Source: an uncultured Planctomycetales bacterium (GTDB lineage Bacteria; Omnitrophota; Gorgyraeia; Zapsychrales; JANLHA01). Taken from it: DNA of 64,000 nt. Shown here in pieces: positions 9,061 through 18,520 of this stretch (its first letter is position 1; the number at the start of each line of letters is the position of its first letter). Below the pieces are notes generated by a model. That model did not search any database. It worked only from the letters and a program-made list of their open reading frames with translations, and was not told the DNA's origin. Position numbers and translations under genes: made by a program. The stretch is from positions 85,106 to 149,105 of the forward strand of contig CAZAXH010000001.1 of the NCBI GenBank assembly GCA_964489065.1, read 5' to 3'.

Positions 9061-10038
9061 TCAGCGGGACATATCCGCCGGCCAATCCTCTTCCCGGGCG
9101 CCCAGCTCGTCAATATATTTTCGCAGGGAATTCTTCATTCTCTGCGTTATCTTATATCCATCGACTTTTTTCAGTATCTCATCCCGGCTGTGCCCTTTTT
9201 TATAAAGATTTTTCAGCACACCTTCAAAGACCGCTTTGAATCCGTAACGCCCGATCCCTTTTGAAATCACAACCAGGACACCCAGCACTCCCAGGCCACC
9301 GATCACCCCCCAGGGGCCTCCGAGCAGGGCCAAGCCTTCGACAACCGCGGCCGCCCCGACCACGCCGGTTATTTCCACAGCCAGCACCAGCACCAGCGCC
9401 GGGATACCCAATTGAGAAATCCTGGCAATCAACTCGTCATATTTCCAATTATCTCCATCTCGGACCGCCTCTTTTATGTTCCCGGGAACACGGCCGACGG
9501 CGTAAGCCCCGATCACAGCCGTATCCTTCACCTTTTCCGAGCCCCCACGCATCCCGTTCACCAGCTTATCCTTCACGGTGTTCCCGGCCCGCAAAGGCGC
9601 ATTCACAAAAGCTTTGGTCCCGTCCAGGGCGGACCGGCCCAGTTTTTTCCAGAAACCAAACGCCTCATTCATGCGGATGACATACAGCTTCAAAAGAAAC
9701 CGCAGAAGAAACACAGTCAAAACATAGGATAAAAAGGCGTTAATAAATAGCGCCGTGTTTGTCGTCAAAGACTGCGACTGCGGATACACCGCGGTAATTT
9801 TTCCGGAAAGGGTCGTGAAATAATCAAAAACAATCCAGAACAGGAATACCGAATACGCCAGAGACGCTTTAACAAGAAAAATCCTGGCTCTGTTTTTTTT
9901 CTTCCTGACGCCCGGCGTTTTCTGGTCTTCTCTGACGATATGATTGTACCGGACGCGGACGGCTTCCAGAAGAAGCACGGTAACGACAAAATATAAGATT
10001 GTTTCTTTATTCCTCCTGATCCCAGCAAAAAACATCAT
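9061..10038 (-). CDS. Hypothetical polytopic membrane protein
   Basis: 325 aa. Several hydrophobic helices and a Gly-rich hydrophobic segment (GLALLGGPWGVIGGLGVLGVLVV). No recognisable catalytic motif. Confidence 0.35.
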   Translation of the reverse strand: MMFFAGIRRNKETILYFVVTVLLLEAVRVRYNHIVREDQKTPGVRKKKNRARIFLVKASLAYSVFLFWIVFDYFTTLSGKITAVYPQSQSLTTNTALFINAFLSYVLTVFLLRFLLKLYVIRMNEAFGFWKKLGRSALDGTKAFVNAPLRAGNTVKDKLVNGMRGGSEKVKDTAVIGAYAVGRVPGNIKEAVRDGDNWKYDELIARISQLGIPALVLVLAVEITGVVGAAAVVEGLALLGGPWGVIGGLGVLGVLVVISKGIGRYGFKAVFEGVLKNLYKKGHSRDEILKKVDGYKITQRMKNSLRKYIDELGAREEDWPADMSR

Positions 10039-10112
10039 TCCCCCCTCGTGTTCGAAAAAGCCGTCCTTACCTTAAGACAAAAAATATTCGTCGCTTCCAT
10101 GATAAATAATTT

Positions 10113-11669
10113 CTAAAATAAACTCATCTGGTCATCCTGCGGCGTTCGTCTTTTATTTTTCAAAGCGGCCTGTTCATACTCGGCCAGACTGGTTTCGAAA
10201 TCCTTCAAAAAAGGGGACGCCCGGGGATGGAATGTCTGCCCGAACAACAAACGCTTTCTGGCGCGTAAAAGATATAACCGCTCGCGGGCCCTGGTCATAC
10301 CCACATAAAACAACCGGCGTTCTTCCCGGCTCTCGGCCTGAAGCCCGACCAGATTCAGCGGCAGCAGATTCTCCTCACACCCCACGATAAAAACAACGGG
10401 GAATTCCAGCCCTTTGGCGGCATGAAGCGTCATCAAAGACACACGTTCGGCGGTAACGCCTAACTCTTCGTACCGGGAAGGGCACACCGCTTCCGGCCCG
10501 TCTTCATCATTCTTATTCTCTCCGACGACATGGTACGGAATCCCCATGCGGTCAAAAGCCTGTTTCAGAAGTCTCGACTGTGTTTTAAGCCGGTAGAGAA
10601 CCGCGATATCGCCGAAACTCCGTTCCGCACCGCTTTCCGTAGCGACCCGGCCGGAATCCTGCGAAAACATGCTCGTGCCTCCGACGAGTTTCTCGATCTG
10701 GTGCACGACATATTCCGCCTCCGCTTTATCGGTTGCCGCCTCGAAAACCGTTAACTTCCCTTCCAGGTATAACTGCGCGGTCAAGACCGGGACAGCCCCG
10801 TCCGAATCCCGGGCCATCACCTGCCCCGAAGCCGCCAGGATTGTCTGCCCGGACCGGTAATTATCGCACAGCGTCACCCGGCGGGCGCCGGGGAAATCAT
10901 CCGAGAAACTCTGAAAAAAACGCTTATTCGCCCCCCGGAAACCGTAGATCGCCTGGTTGGGGTCCCCGATCGCGGTAATGCCCCCCTTCTCCCCCACCCA
11001 AAGTTTTAAAAAGGCGTGCTGGACAGGATTAATGTCCTGATATTCGTCCACAAAAACTTCCGGGACCTCCGACTGCAGGCCGGACAGGACAGCCGGATGC
11101 GCCCTTAAAAAATAAACCGTCTCGCATAACAGGTCATCAAAATCCAGCAACCCCCTTTCCCTCATGTGAGCATTGTAAAACATGACATCCTCGGGGACCG
11201 GACCGGAAAAAATCGTGGCCTTCCAACGGGAAACCGCCTCCAGCCTTTCCCGGAGCTGTTTATCGGTATCCCCCGGCCAAAGCGCGCGTCCGGCCTCCAG
11301 GGCCTGAACCGGGTCCGCGCATCGGAACCCGTCCGGGAGACCGCTCAAGGGCCCGGCGTCTTTCAGGATATTCAGGCAGACGGCGTGAAAAGTTCCCGTG
11401 ACCAGCCGGGGGAGAATGGTTTCGGCTTCGTCCGAACGCGCGATACGCGTTTTTATTTCTTCCGCGGCTTTTTGGGTAAACGTGATCGCACAGAATTTGT
11501 TCTTGGGGCCAGCGCGCCGTAAGCGGTACATCAGCCGGTGCGTCAGAGTGTGAGTTTTTCCGGTGCCCGGTCCGGCCACGATCAACAGGCGGGCCCCGGG
11601 TTCGGTTATCGCAGCCCATTGAGCGGAATTCACGGAATCTGGACGATCATAGTCCGTCATACAGGTCAC
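10113..11669 (-). CDS. UvrD/Rep-family superfamily-1 DNA helicase, minimal (518 aa)
   Basis: Walker A (AGPGTGKTHTL), DEYQD motif II (VDEYQDINPVQ), motif VI (GMTRARERLYL). Lacks the long C-terminal extension of canonical UvrD/PcrA. Start overlaps the upstream gene by 4 nt. Confidence 0.8.
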   Translation of the reverse strand: MTCMTDYDRPDSVNSAQWAAITEPGARLLIVAGPGTGKTHTLTHRLMYRLRRAGPKNKFCAITFTQKAAEEIKTRIARSDEAETILPRLVTGTFHAVCLNILKDAGPLSGLPDGFRCADPVQALEAGRALWPGDTDKQLRERLEAVSRWKATIFSGPVPEDVMFYNAHMRERGLLDFDDLLCETVYFLRAHPAVLSGLQSEVPEVFVDEYQDINPVQHAFLKLWVGEKGGITAIGDPNQAIYGFRGANKRFFQSFSDDFPGARRVTLCDNYRSGQTILAASGQVMARDSDGAVPVLTAQLYLEGKLTVFEAATDKAEAEYVVHQIEKLVGGTSMFSQDSGRVATESGAERSFGDIAVLYRLKTQSRLLKQAFDRMGIPYHVVGENKNDEDGPEAVCPSRYEELGVTAERVSLMTLHAAKGLEFPVVFIVGCEENLLPLNLVGLQAESREERRLFYVGMTRARERLYLLRARKRLLFGQTFHPRASPFLKDFETSLAEYEQAALKNKRRTPQDDQMSLF

Positions 11670-12961
11670 CTGAACAGGGTCATCTGATGATCAACCGTGT
11701 CTCTTTCATCATCGGAAAATATTTGCACTGTCCCGTACTCTCCGTCGTAACCGGCCGCGATCCGAACCTTCCCCTCCCGCACCCGGCGGATACCTTCCGC
11801 GATAAGCGTGCCGCTGACTTTTTGAATATCCGAAACCGGGATGTCCCGCAGGATCGCCATTTCATTGCCGAGTTTAGAAAGCATGTCCAGATATGCGGCC
11901 TGTACGGCCTTCGAGTTCACGCCCATAGACCGGGCTTCCGCGACCACTTCCGGGAGAGGAATCAAGCTGACGAAATCACGGGCATTGGGGGACCGGCGTC
12001 CTTCCGGATGATCGGCCAGTTCTTCCACGCGGGCCATGACCCCGACGGTCACCGGCTTGCCGCACACGGGGCACACCCCCTGATTCTCTCTGGTCTCCCG
12101 GGGATGCATCCGCGTATGGCATTGCCGATGCCCGTCAAAATGATACTTCCCTTCTTCCGGGAAGAATTCGACCGTGCCGACTAACCCGTCATGAGAAGGG
12201 TCCTGCAGGGCTTTATAAATTCCCGGATAAGAAAAAAAATCGGATTGAAAGACCGTGCTTTCCCGGCCCAATTTAGCCGGAGAATGCGCATCCGAGGACG
12301 ACACCATAACATACGGGTCCAACTGACTTAAACGCCAGTTCATCGGCGGGTCGGAAGAAAGACCGGTTTCGACGGCAAAGATATACCCGGAAAGATCGGC
12401 AAAACAATCTTCCAGGCGGTCAAACCCGCCTTTGGACCCCAGCGCCGAAAACCACGGCGTCCAGATATGCGCCGGAACCAAAAAGCTGGCCGGGTCAGAC
12501 CCCAAGACGATTTCCAGGAGATCCCGGGAATCCAGCCCTAAAATAGGCCGTCCGTCCGAACGGATATTGCCGATAGCGTCTAATTGTTTCTGAATCTTTT
12601 CCGCGACACTCAAATTGGGAGCGAAGACCACATTATGGACCTTGCGGACTTTATCCATCCGTTTATAGATATTCGAAATCTCCGTCGAAAGCATAAACCG
12701 CACTTCGCCCTGACAGGCCGCCGGCACACGGGATAACATCGGCCGGGCGATATCCCGGCGCAACGCATAAAAACCCTCTTCAGCGGGAACCAGTTTGTCC
12801 TGCAGCTCTTTGGCCCATCCCGGGTGCACGAAGTCGCCGGTGCTGACCACCTGAATCCCCTTCATCTGGGCCCAGACATATAAATGCTCCAAATTCAGCT
12901 CTTTGCTGGTTGCCCGGGAATAATGGGAATGAATATGTAAATCCGCGTAAAAAGGCATCAT
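11666..12961 (-). CDS. PHP-domain endonuclease with C-terminal zinc finger, EndoQ-like
   Basis: 431 aa. N-terminal ADLHIHSHYSRATS, then GTGDFVHPGW, GRPILGLD, PAHIWTPW, SSSDAHSPAKLGRE, GKYHFDGHRQCH...CPVCGKP and SKAV follow the order and spacing of the archaeal Endonuclease Q motifs as recalled from memory. Confidence 0.65.
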   Translation of the reverse strand: MMPFYADLHIHSHYSRATSKELNLEHLYVWAQMKGIQVVSTGDFVHPGWAKELQDKLVPAEEGFYALRRDIARPMLSRVPAACQGEVRFMLSTEISNIYKRMDKVRKVHNVVFAPNLSVAEKIQKQLDAIGNIRSDGRPILGLDSRDLLEIVLGSDPASFLVPAHIWTPWFSALGSKGGFDRLEDCFADLSGYIFAVETGLSSDPPMNWRLSQLDPYVMVSSSDAHSPAKLGRESTVFQSDFFSYPGIYKALQDPSHDGLVGTVEFFPEEGKYHFDGHRQCHTRMHPRETRENQGVCPVCGKPVTVGVMARVEELADHPEGRRSPNARDFVSLIPLPEVVAEARSMGVNSKAVQAAYLDMLSKLGNEMAILRDIPVSDIQKVSGTLIAEGIRRVREGKVRIAAGYDGEYGTVQIFSDDERDTVDHQMTLFR

Positions 12962-13205
12962 GTCCTTATTTATAGAACCCCGCGCATGACCACGGGCCTT
13001 ATTAACAATTCGCTTCGCAAAATGACCTGACCTCTTAACATAGGCGCGAACATTCCCGGGACGAAAGACCTTAGTAACCTCTCTCCTTCCCGGGCGCGCC
13101 CGGGGTCTTCTGCAAAGACGGATAAAAACCCCGGCCCCTCCCCGACCTCCCCCGAGGAATTGAGCCCATTATACAGAAAAACCGGCCCGACCGCAATCCT
13201 CCTTC

Positions 13206-15035
13206 TTAAACAACATTTGTCTCCCCCGCCCGGCTAGCCTGCCGCGCTATACGGCTGGAGAAAAACAACAGCAACGGCGGGGTCGCGTGGACGAAAAGGC
13301 GGGGGAAAACCTCGGGAGGAATTTCAGACAAACTTTCAAGAGGCGTGCCCATATGAGCCACCCAGACAAAAATCACCATGCCGGCCGACACCAGGCCCAG
13401 AAAAACTTCGGGTTCGGTCCATCGGAGCTTTTTCCGAAAAACAAAAACATAAAAACCCGCCAGCAGGGAATAGACGGGCATATTATTCGAGCAAAAATTC
13501 TTAGCGTTAATCTTTAAAAGCTGCAGAATCTTACCGGCCGACACCCCTTCTTTTAAATGTGTTAATGCCGAAGAATCCCCTCCGCGGCAGGATACCCAGT
13601 GCATCCAGCTTAACGGCAACCCGATAGATAAAAAGACAGCCCCTATCCAGGCCCCGGCCCGTTCAGACATCAACATCTTTCTGAAAAGCAGAACCATCGC
13701 CGCGCCCAGGATACCCGTGGCCACCATTCCTTCCAGTTTGCTTAAATTCAACCCCGTCAGCAAGATCAACGCCAGCCATAAATATCTTTTCTGATCCTTG
13801 GCATTCATCCACGCCAAAACAACGGTTAAAGCACCTGCCCAGAACGCCAGAAAAAGGTTTTCCGCGTTGGCAAAGGTGAAATGCACATACCACCACGGCT
13901 TGGTGAAATCATGACAAACGGAAACAAGGTAAAACAATAAAACGGAATAACGCCACGCCGGTTTCAAGCCCAAAAGCTGCAGAGCTTTCAAAACCTGGAT
14001 GACAAACACAAGAAAACACAGGGCCGACGTCCATTTCGCCAGTTCATCGTACATGCCGTCCAGCAGGGCGAACTGGGAAGCGATATTCAGGGGCCACAGC
14101 AGCGGGTAAGAGTTTAAATGCGTATATTCAAAATTCAAATGTTGATAATAATATAGCGTTTTCGATTTTAATATCCAGTGCGACATCCCGTCCCAGTCAA
14201 AGACCCCCGTTGAAACGGTGATCATAAAAACTCCCGCCGCAGCCGCAGCAACAAGACCGCCCAGGACCGGCGTGGCGAATCCGGCTGTCCGGCCTGGTCC
14301 GGTTGAAACCAGGCGGGTCTCTCCTTCTTTAAAGAAGACCAGCCGGCGCGACAGCCAGACTAAAAGAATCCCGAGCAGGGCCCATGTCCCCGAAACAACA
14401 CTGCGGGAAAGCGGAACCCCGAACAGCATCAGGATCCAGATTACGGCGGTGGGGAGCATAAAACCCAGGAGATAAGACGTGGCATAATACCAGAGGCGCC
14501 CCCACTCTTTGACCGCAACTCCCAGCGCCCGCAGCATAAAAACGCCGGTCAAAATATTGTAACCCGAAAAGAGAAGCACGGCGATGAGGACAACCGGCAA
14601 GGATGGTGAGGGGGACACCGCGGGAATCAAAGCCCCGGCCATCCAGGGCCGGGTATACAAAGAAACCGTGTCCGTGAGCGGGATTTCAATCCACTCCGCC
14701 GGTTCCCCGGGGGGGCGGTTCCTACCGTCTAAATGGAAATCGGAAACATCAACGATACGGTGCGGGAAAAGGAAATACCGCCAGATAACATAGGAAAACC
14801 CCTTACTTCTAAAAGACGTGCTCGCATCCGCTCCCTGCGGAAGGATGGCCCTCGCCTTCAGCGCCGCTCTGACGGACGGCTGTTGGCGGCGCAAATGTTC
14901 ATAATTAAAACCGCTCTGCGCAAATATCTTCGTGGATATATAAGTTTTCCTTGCGAGGAACCAGCCGCCAGCAAGAGTCACACAAAAGACGGGAAGGATC
15001 AAACACCACAAGAACAATGGAACCCAAAATTTCAT
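13206..15035 (-). CDS. Large polytopic integral membrane protein (12+ predicted helices), function unknown; possibly a GT-C-like or polymerase-like surface-glycan enzyme
   Basis: 609 aa, very hydrophobic throughout. No soluble domain signature recognised. Confidence 0.4.
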   Translation of the reverse strand: MKFWVPLFLWCLILPVFCVTLAGGWFLARKTYISTKIFAQSGFNYEHLRRQQPSVRAALKARAILPQGADASTSFRSKGFSYVIWRYFLFPHRIVDVSDFHLDGRNRPPGEPAEWIEIPLTDTVSLYTRPWMAGALIPAVSPSPSLPVVLIAVLLFSGYNILTGVFMLRALGVAVKEWGRLWYYATSYLLGFMLPTAVIWILMLFGVPLSRSVVSGTWALLGILLVWLSRRLVFFKEGETRLVSTGPGRTAGFATPVLGGLVAAAAAGVFMITVSTGVFDWDGMSHWILKSKTLYYYQHLNFEYTHLNSYPLLWPLNIASQFALLDGMYDELAKWTSALCFLVFVIQVLKALQLLGLKPAWRYSVLLFYLVSVCHDFTKPWWYVHFTFANAENLFLAFWAGALTVVLAWMNAKDQKRYLWLALILLTGLNLSKLEGMVATGILGAAMVLLFRKMLMSERAGAWIGAVFLSIGLPLSWMHWVSCRGGDSSALTHLKEGVSAGKILQLLKINAKNFCSNNMPVYSLLAGFYVFVFRKKLRWTEPEVFLGLVSAGMVIFVWVAHMGTPLESLSEIPPEVFPRLFVHATPPLLLFFSSRIARQASRAGETNVV

Positions 15036-15108
15036 TCCACCCCATTAAATCCGGACATAAAGAAATTAAACGTCCGGTTTCAATTTAAGAAAATCTGCAA
15101 AAATCACA

Positions 15109-15804
15109 CTACCCCGATACGGGCAGGAGCGTAAACCCCGACTGTCCGGCTTTAATTAAATAATATTCCGCCAAAATAAAAAGGACCAGCGCGCACAATT
15201 GTTTGATGCGATTGAGCCAAGGCCCAGATTTCGGCAATTGACTTAACAGCCCGCTGAACGTTCCCACCAGAATGAGCGAGGCGCCCACGCCGTAAGAAAA
15301 AACAAAAAGCAGGCTGATCGCATGGACAAGGTTTTGTTTGGAAGCCACGTAAAGCAGGACCGTCCCCAGGACCGGGGCCGTACAGGGGCCGACGATCAGG
15401 CCGCTAATCCCCCCCAGCAGAAAGACTGACCAGAGGTTCCTGGGCTTGAGACCGGCGGGCCGGTTAAACGCCAGGCCCGGAAGAGGAATAACATCCAGCA
15501 TGACCAGCGCGAAGATCAGCAGAAGATTCCCCACAATCCAAAACACAAGCGGAGAATTCTGAATCTGGCCGAAAACTTTCCTGGTTAAAGCCGCCACGAC
15601 CGCCAGGCCACAATAAATCACGGCCATTCCGAGGACATACACCAGCGAGATCACAAAGCCCATAAGCTTGCTGCCCCGGGTATTCACCCCGGCGATGATG
15701 CTCGCCACCACCGGAAGCGCCGGGTAAACGCACGGGGTGAAACTGACGGCCACCCCCGCCCCGAACACCAAGAAATAATCAAACACGTTCCCTTGCAGTT
15801 GCAT
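15109..15804 (-). CDS. ccdA: Cytochrome c-type biogenesis / thiol-disulfide transporter CcdA (DsbD transmembrane domain family)
   Basis: 231 aa. TPCVYPALPVVASIIAG with conserved Cys in TM1, second conserved Cys (GPCTAPVLG), six TM helices. Confidence 0.7.
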   Translation of the reverse strand: MQLQGNVFDYFLVFGAGVAVSFTPCVYPALPVVASIIAGVNTRGSKLMGFVISLVYVLGMAVIYCGLAVVAALTRKVFGQIQNSPLVFWIVGNLLLIFALVMLDVIPLPGLAFNRPAGLKPRNLWSVFLLGGISGLIVGPCTAPVLGTVLLYVASKQNLVHAISLLFVFSYGVGASLILVGTFSGLLSQLPKSGPWLNRIKQLCALVLFILAEYYLIKAGQSGFTLLPVSG

Positions 15805-15866
15805 GGCTTTACGTCATACCCCGCGGCACGCCCGGCCCCCTGCGGCCCGGCTTCCCAACGAGGGTT

Positions 15867-16682
15867 TTATTCCGATTTAAACGGAAATTTAATAACATTC
15901 GTGATCGTATCCGTCGTGCCTTTAATAATCTTGCCGGTTGTGTCCACAACCCCCTGAGTCAGGCCGCCGGCAGCATCAACGGTTCCGGAAACCGCAGATT
16001 TTAACCCGTTGATATTCAAATCCGGCAAATTGGCAAACGGAGTCTTTGTCAGGGTTTTAAAAACGATAATCTGCACCAGCCGGTTAGGGTCATCAATATT
16101 CTCAATTCTTTCATCCAGCCCGATCTTTGTTTCCGTCACCGCCGGATCCCCGCCTTTAGAATAATCTTTATACACCACCTTATCCACTTTCAGCTGCAAA
16201 ACGTCGATCCGCATCTCCGGCATGTCTTTCTTCCCGGGGGCCGGAGCCGTTTCCTGCGCCGGTTTCTCTCCGGTCTTCTGCTGCAAAGCTTTCAGATGGT
16301 CAAGATTCATTTTGCTGTCGGCATTCTTCACCAGGACAAACTCTTTCAGATAAAAGCGGACCTCTCTGACATGAATTTTTTTCTTCATCAAGGCCGGGAC
16401 ATCCAGGTTGACATACACTTCCGGGATATCCACCATGATTTTTTCCGGGAAGCCCTCCGGATTGTAAAGCTGCATCCCCTGAACGTGGACATAAGATTTC
16501 GTGAAACTGATATCCATACTCGCGATCTTCATCGGCAGGCCGGTCACGAGTTTGACACCCTGCTCAATCCCGGTTTTAATGACAATATTCTTCGCCACGA
16601 TCACGCCTATGACCAGCGCAACCAGTACAAACGCGATGAACTTAATCAGCTTTTTCATGAGTCGTTCCCTCCCAGGAAACAC
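15867..16682 (-). CDS. Hypothetical exported/membrane-anchored protein (N-terminal TM anchor)
   Basis: 271 aa. MKKLIKFIAFVLVALVIGVIVA anchor. Located between ccdA and the Mla operon. No catalytic motif. Confidence 0.4.
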   Translation of the reverse strand: MFPGRERLMKKLIKFIAFVLVALVIGVIVAKNIVIKTGIEQGVKLVTGLPMKIASMDISFTKSYVHVQGMQLYNPEGFPEKIMVDIPEVYVNLDVPALMKKKIHVREVRFYLKEFVLVKNADSKMNLDHLKALQQKTGEKPAQETAPAPGKKDMPEMRIDVLQLKVDKVVYKDYSKGGDPAVTETKIGLDERIENIDDPNRLVQIIVFKTLTKTPFANLPDLNINGLKSAVSGTVDAAGGLTQGVVDTTGKIIKGTTDTITNVIKFPFKSE

Positions 16683-16693
16683 ATCCGTCTACA

Positions 16694-16918
16694 TTATCCC
16701 TTTATTTCTTTTTTATAATACTTTAAACACTTTCGGCACAGGCCGTCTTGCTCCACCCATTCCGGGTGTTTCTTTTTGATCACATCGACAATATGCTTCT
16801 CCGTATGATCAATATACTGACGCAGATCCTCACTAACGGGTTTCCCGCATACCAGACAAATATATTCCATGGGCCGCTCTCCTCCCGGAATACCCTTAGG
16901 GAACGCTTCCCCGGACAT
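16694..16918 (-). CDS. Small zinc-ribbon protein
   Basis: 74 aa. Two CxxC pairs (CLVCGKP ... CRKCLKYY). Confidence 0.4.
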   Translation of the reverse strand: MSGEAFPKGIPGGERPMEYICLVCGKPVSEDLRQYIDHTEKHIVDVIKKKHPEWVEQDGLCRKCLKYYKKEIKG

Positions 16919-17623
16919 TTATTTCTTCGGCTTATACAGCAGCTTCCAGGGGTTGCTCTTAAGGTCGAAACTTAATTCTTCCAAATTTTTCGTCGTGCTG
17001 TTCGCATGCCCTATTATCTCGTCCACAAGATGCTGGTTCACCGCGAACCGCTCATGGATATTATCCGATAGAGAATGCACGTTCTTCATGGTCGCTCGCA
17101 TATCCGCGAGGACATCGTCGATCGCCTGAGCGTTCACTTTCAGCCGCTCATTGAGGTTGGAGGATATCCCTTCGATATTAGCGGCGATGCGTTCGCCCTT
17201 TTGAAGTATTTTTTCAAAACTGGCCTGCTCGGTCCCCGCAATCGCCTCCCCGGGGGCAAGGGACTCGCCGCTGATCTCGTCGGTCATAACCAGCCCGATA
17301 TACTTTTCCCCCATAAATCCCAGATTCTTCACGTGGGCTTCAACCCCTTTAAGAATTTTTATGTCCTGTTTAATCCACAGGGTCAACTCCACTTTCGGGG
17401 CCGGGCCGTAAACGATACGGATGTCCTTGACGCGACCGATCTCCAGGCCGTTAAGCGTTACCGGCGAGTTTAACTCGATGCCGTCCACGTTAACAAAATG
17501 AACTTTGATATCATAGCCCCGCTCTTTAAAATGGAAGTCTCCGGCCCTAACGGTTAATACAGCCAGAAAACATAAAACGATGGCGATCAAAATACCGACT
17601 CTGGTTTCATTATTGATCCTCAT
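16919..17623 (-). CDS. mlaD: Outer-membrane lipid asymmetry maintenance protein MlaD (MCE domain)
   Basis: 234 aa. N-terminal TM anchor plus MCE domain (VNVDGIELNSPVTLNGLEIGRVKDI). Directly downstream of mlaF and mlaE. Confidence 0.8.
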   Translation of the reverse strand: MRINNETRVGILIAIVLCFLAVLTVRAGDFHFKERGYDIKVHFVNVDGIELNSPVTLNGLEIGRVKDIRIVYGPAPKVELTLWIKQDIKILKGVEAHVKNLGFMGEKYIGLVMTDEISGESLAPGEAIAGTEQASFEKILQKGERIAANIEGISSNLNERLKVNAQAIDDVLADMRATMKNVHSLSDNIHERFAVNQHLVDEIIGHANSTTKNLEELSFDLKSNPWKLLYKPKK

Positions 17624-17665
17624 AGGCTTCTCCCTCTTGGCAGTTTTCTGTCCTCCGGTCCCCGT

Positions 17666-18517
17666 TTACGGTCCGCTGACAGGCGCCTCGTACCCGTTCT
17701 CCATGATATTAATGGGCCCCTCAATTTCGCCTTTAATAAACTGCTGGACGATCGCATTCCCGGAATTCTTGATTTCTTTCGGCGTCCCCACCTCCAGAAC
17801 CCGTCCCTGGTACAACATGGCCACGCGATTCGCAATGCGGAAAACACTTTCCATGTTGTGCGTGACAACCACGGACGTGAGCAACAGTTTCTTGTTTAAA
17901 TCCAGGATGAGCTTATCGACCACGGCGCACACAATCGGGTCCAGCCCCGCCGTGGGCTCATCATAAAAAACCACTTCCGGGTCCATCGCGATCGCCCTAG
18001 CCAGGCCGACGCGTTTCTTCATGCCACCCGAAAGCATGCTCGGCATTAAATGCTCATACCCCTGCAATCCAACCAAACTTAATTTCATCTTAACAATAAT
18101 GCTTATAATCTGGGGGTCCAGCTTCGTGTGTTCCCTCAAAGGCAGGCTGACATTCTCTTCCACCGTCATATAATCAAGCAGGGCCGCGGACTGGAAACTC
18201 ATCCCGAAGCGCCGCTTAATCCGTTCCTTTTCTTCCTCGGTCATTAAGGTCAGATCTTTCCCCTGGAAAAGTACCTGCCCCGCATCCGGTTTAATAGCTC
18301 CGGTCATATGTCTCAAGAGCGTGCTCTTCCCGCATCCGGATCCCCCCATGATAACAAAGGTTTCTCCCTGATAAACATCAAGGTTAATGCCGTCCAACAC
18401 CGTCCTGCCGTCAAAGGTTTTGACCAGATTTTTCACCGATATGGCCACCGGCCGATCTGCCATAAATCCCCCTTGCCCTCCCGGAAAATATTTTCGTGCC
18501 GCACCGGATAAGCCCAC
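17666..18517 (-). CDS. mlaF: Phospholipid ABC transporter ATP-binding protein MlaF
   Basis: Walker A GGSGCGKST, ABC signature LSGGMKKRVGLARA, Walker B VVFYDEPTAGLD. Confidence 0.85.
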   Translation of the reverse strand: MGLSGAARKYFPGGQGGFMADRPVAISVKNLVKTFDGRTVLDGINLDVYQGETFVIMGGSGCGKSTLLRHMTGAIKPDAGQVLFQGKDLTLMTEEEKERIKRRFGMSFQSAALLDYMTVEENVSLPLREHTKLDPQIISIIVKMKLSLVGLQGYEHLMPSMLSGGMKKRVGLARAIAMDPEVVFYDEPTAGLDPIVCAVVDKLILDLNKKLLLTSVVVTHNMESVFRIANRVAMLYQGRVLEVGTPKEIKNSGNAIVQQFIKGEIEGPINIMENGYEAPVSGP

Positions 18518-18520
18518 GCC

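Noticed and set aside
10113-12961. The helicase-nuclease pair as a Gabija (GajA/GajB) system
   Set aside because: GajB-like size for the UvrD helicase is suggestive. However, the partner is a PHP/EndoQ-type nuclease, not an OLD-family ATPase-Toprim protein (GajA), so it cannot be called Gabija.
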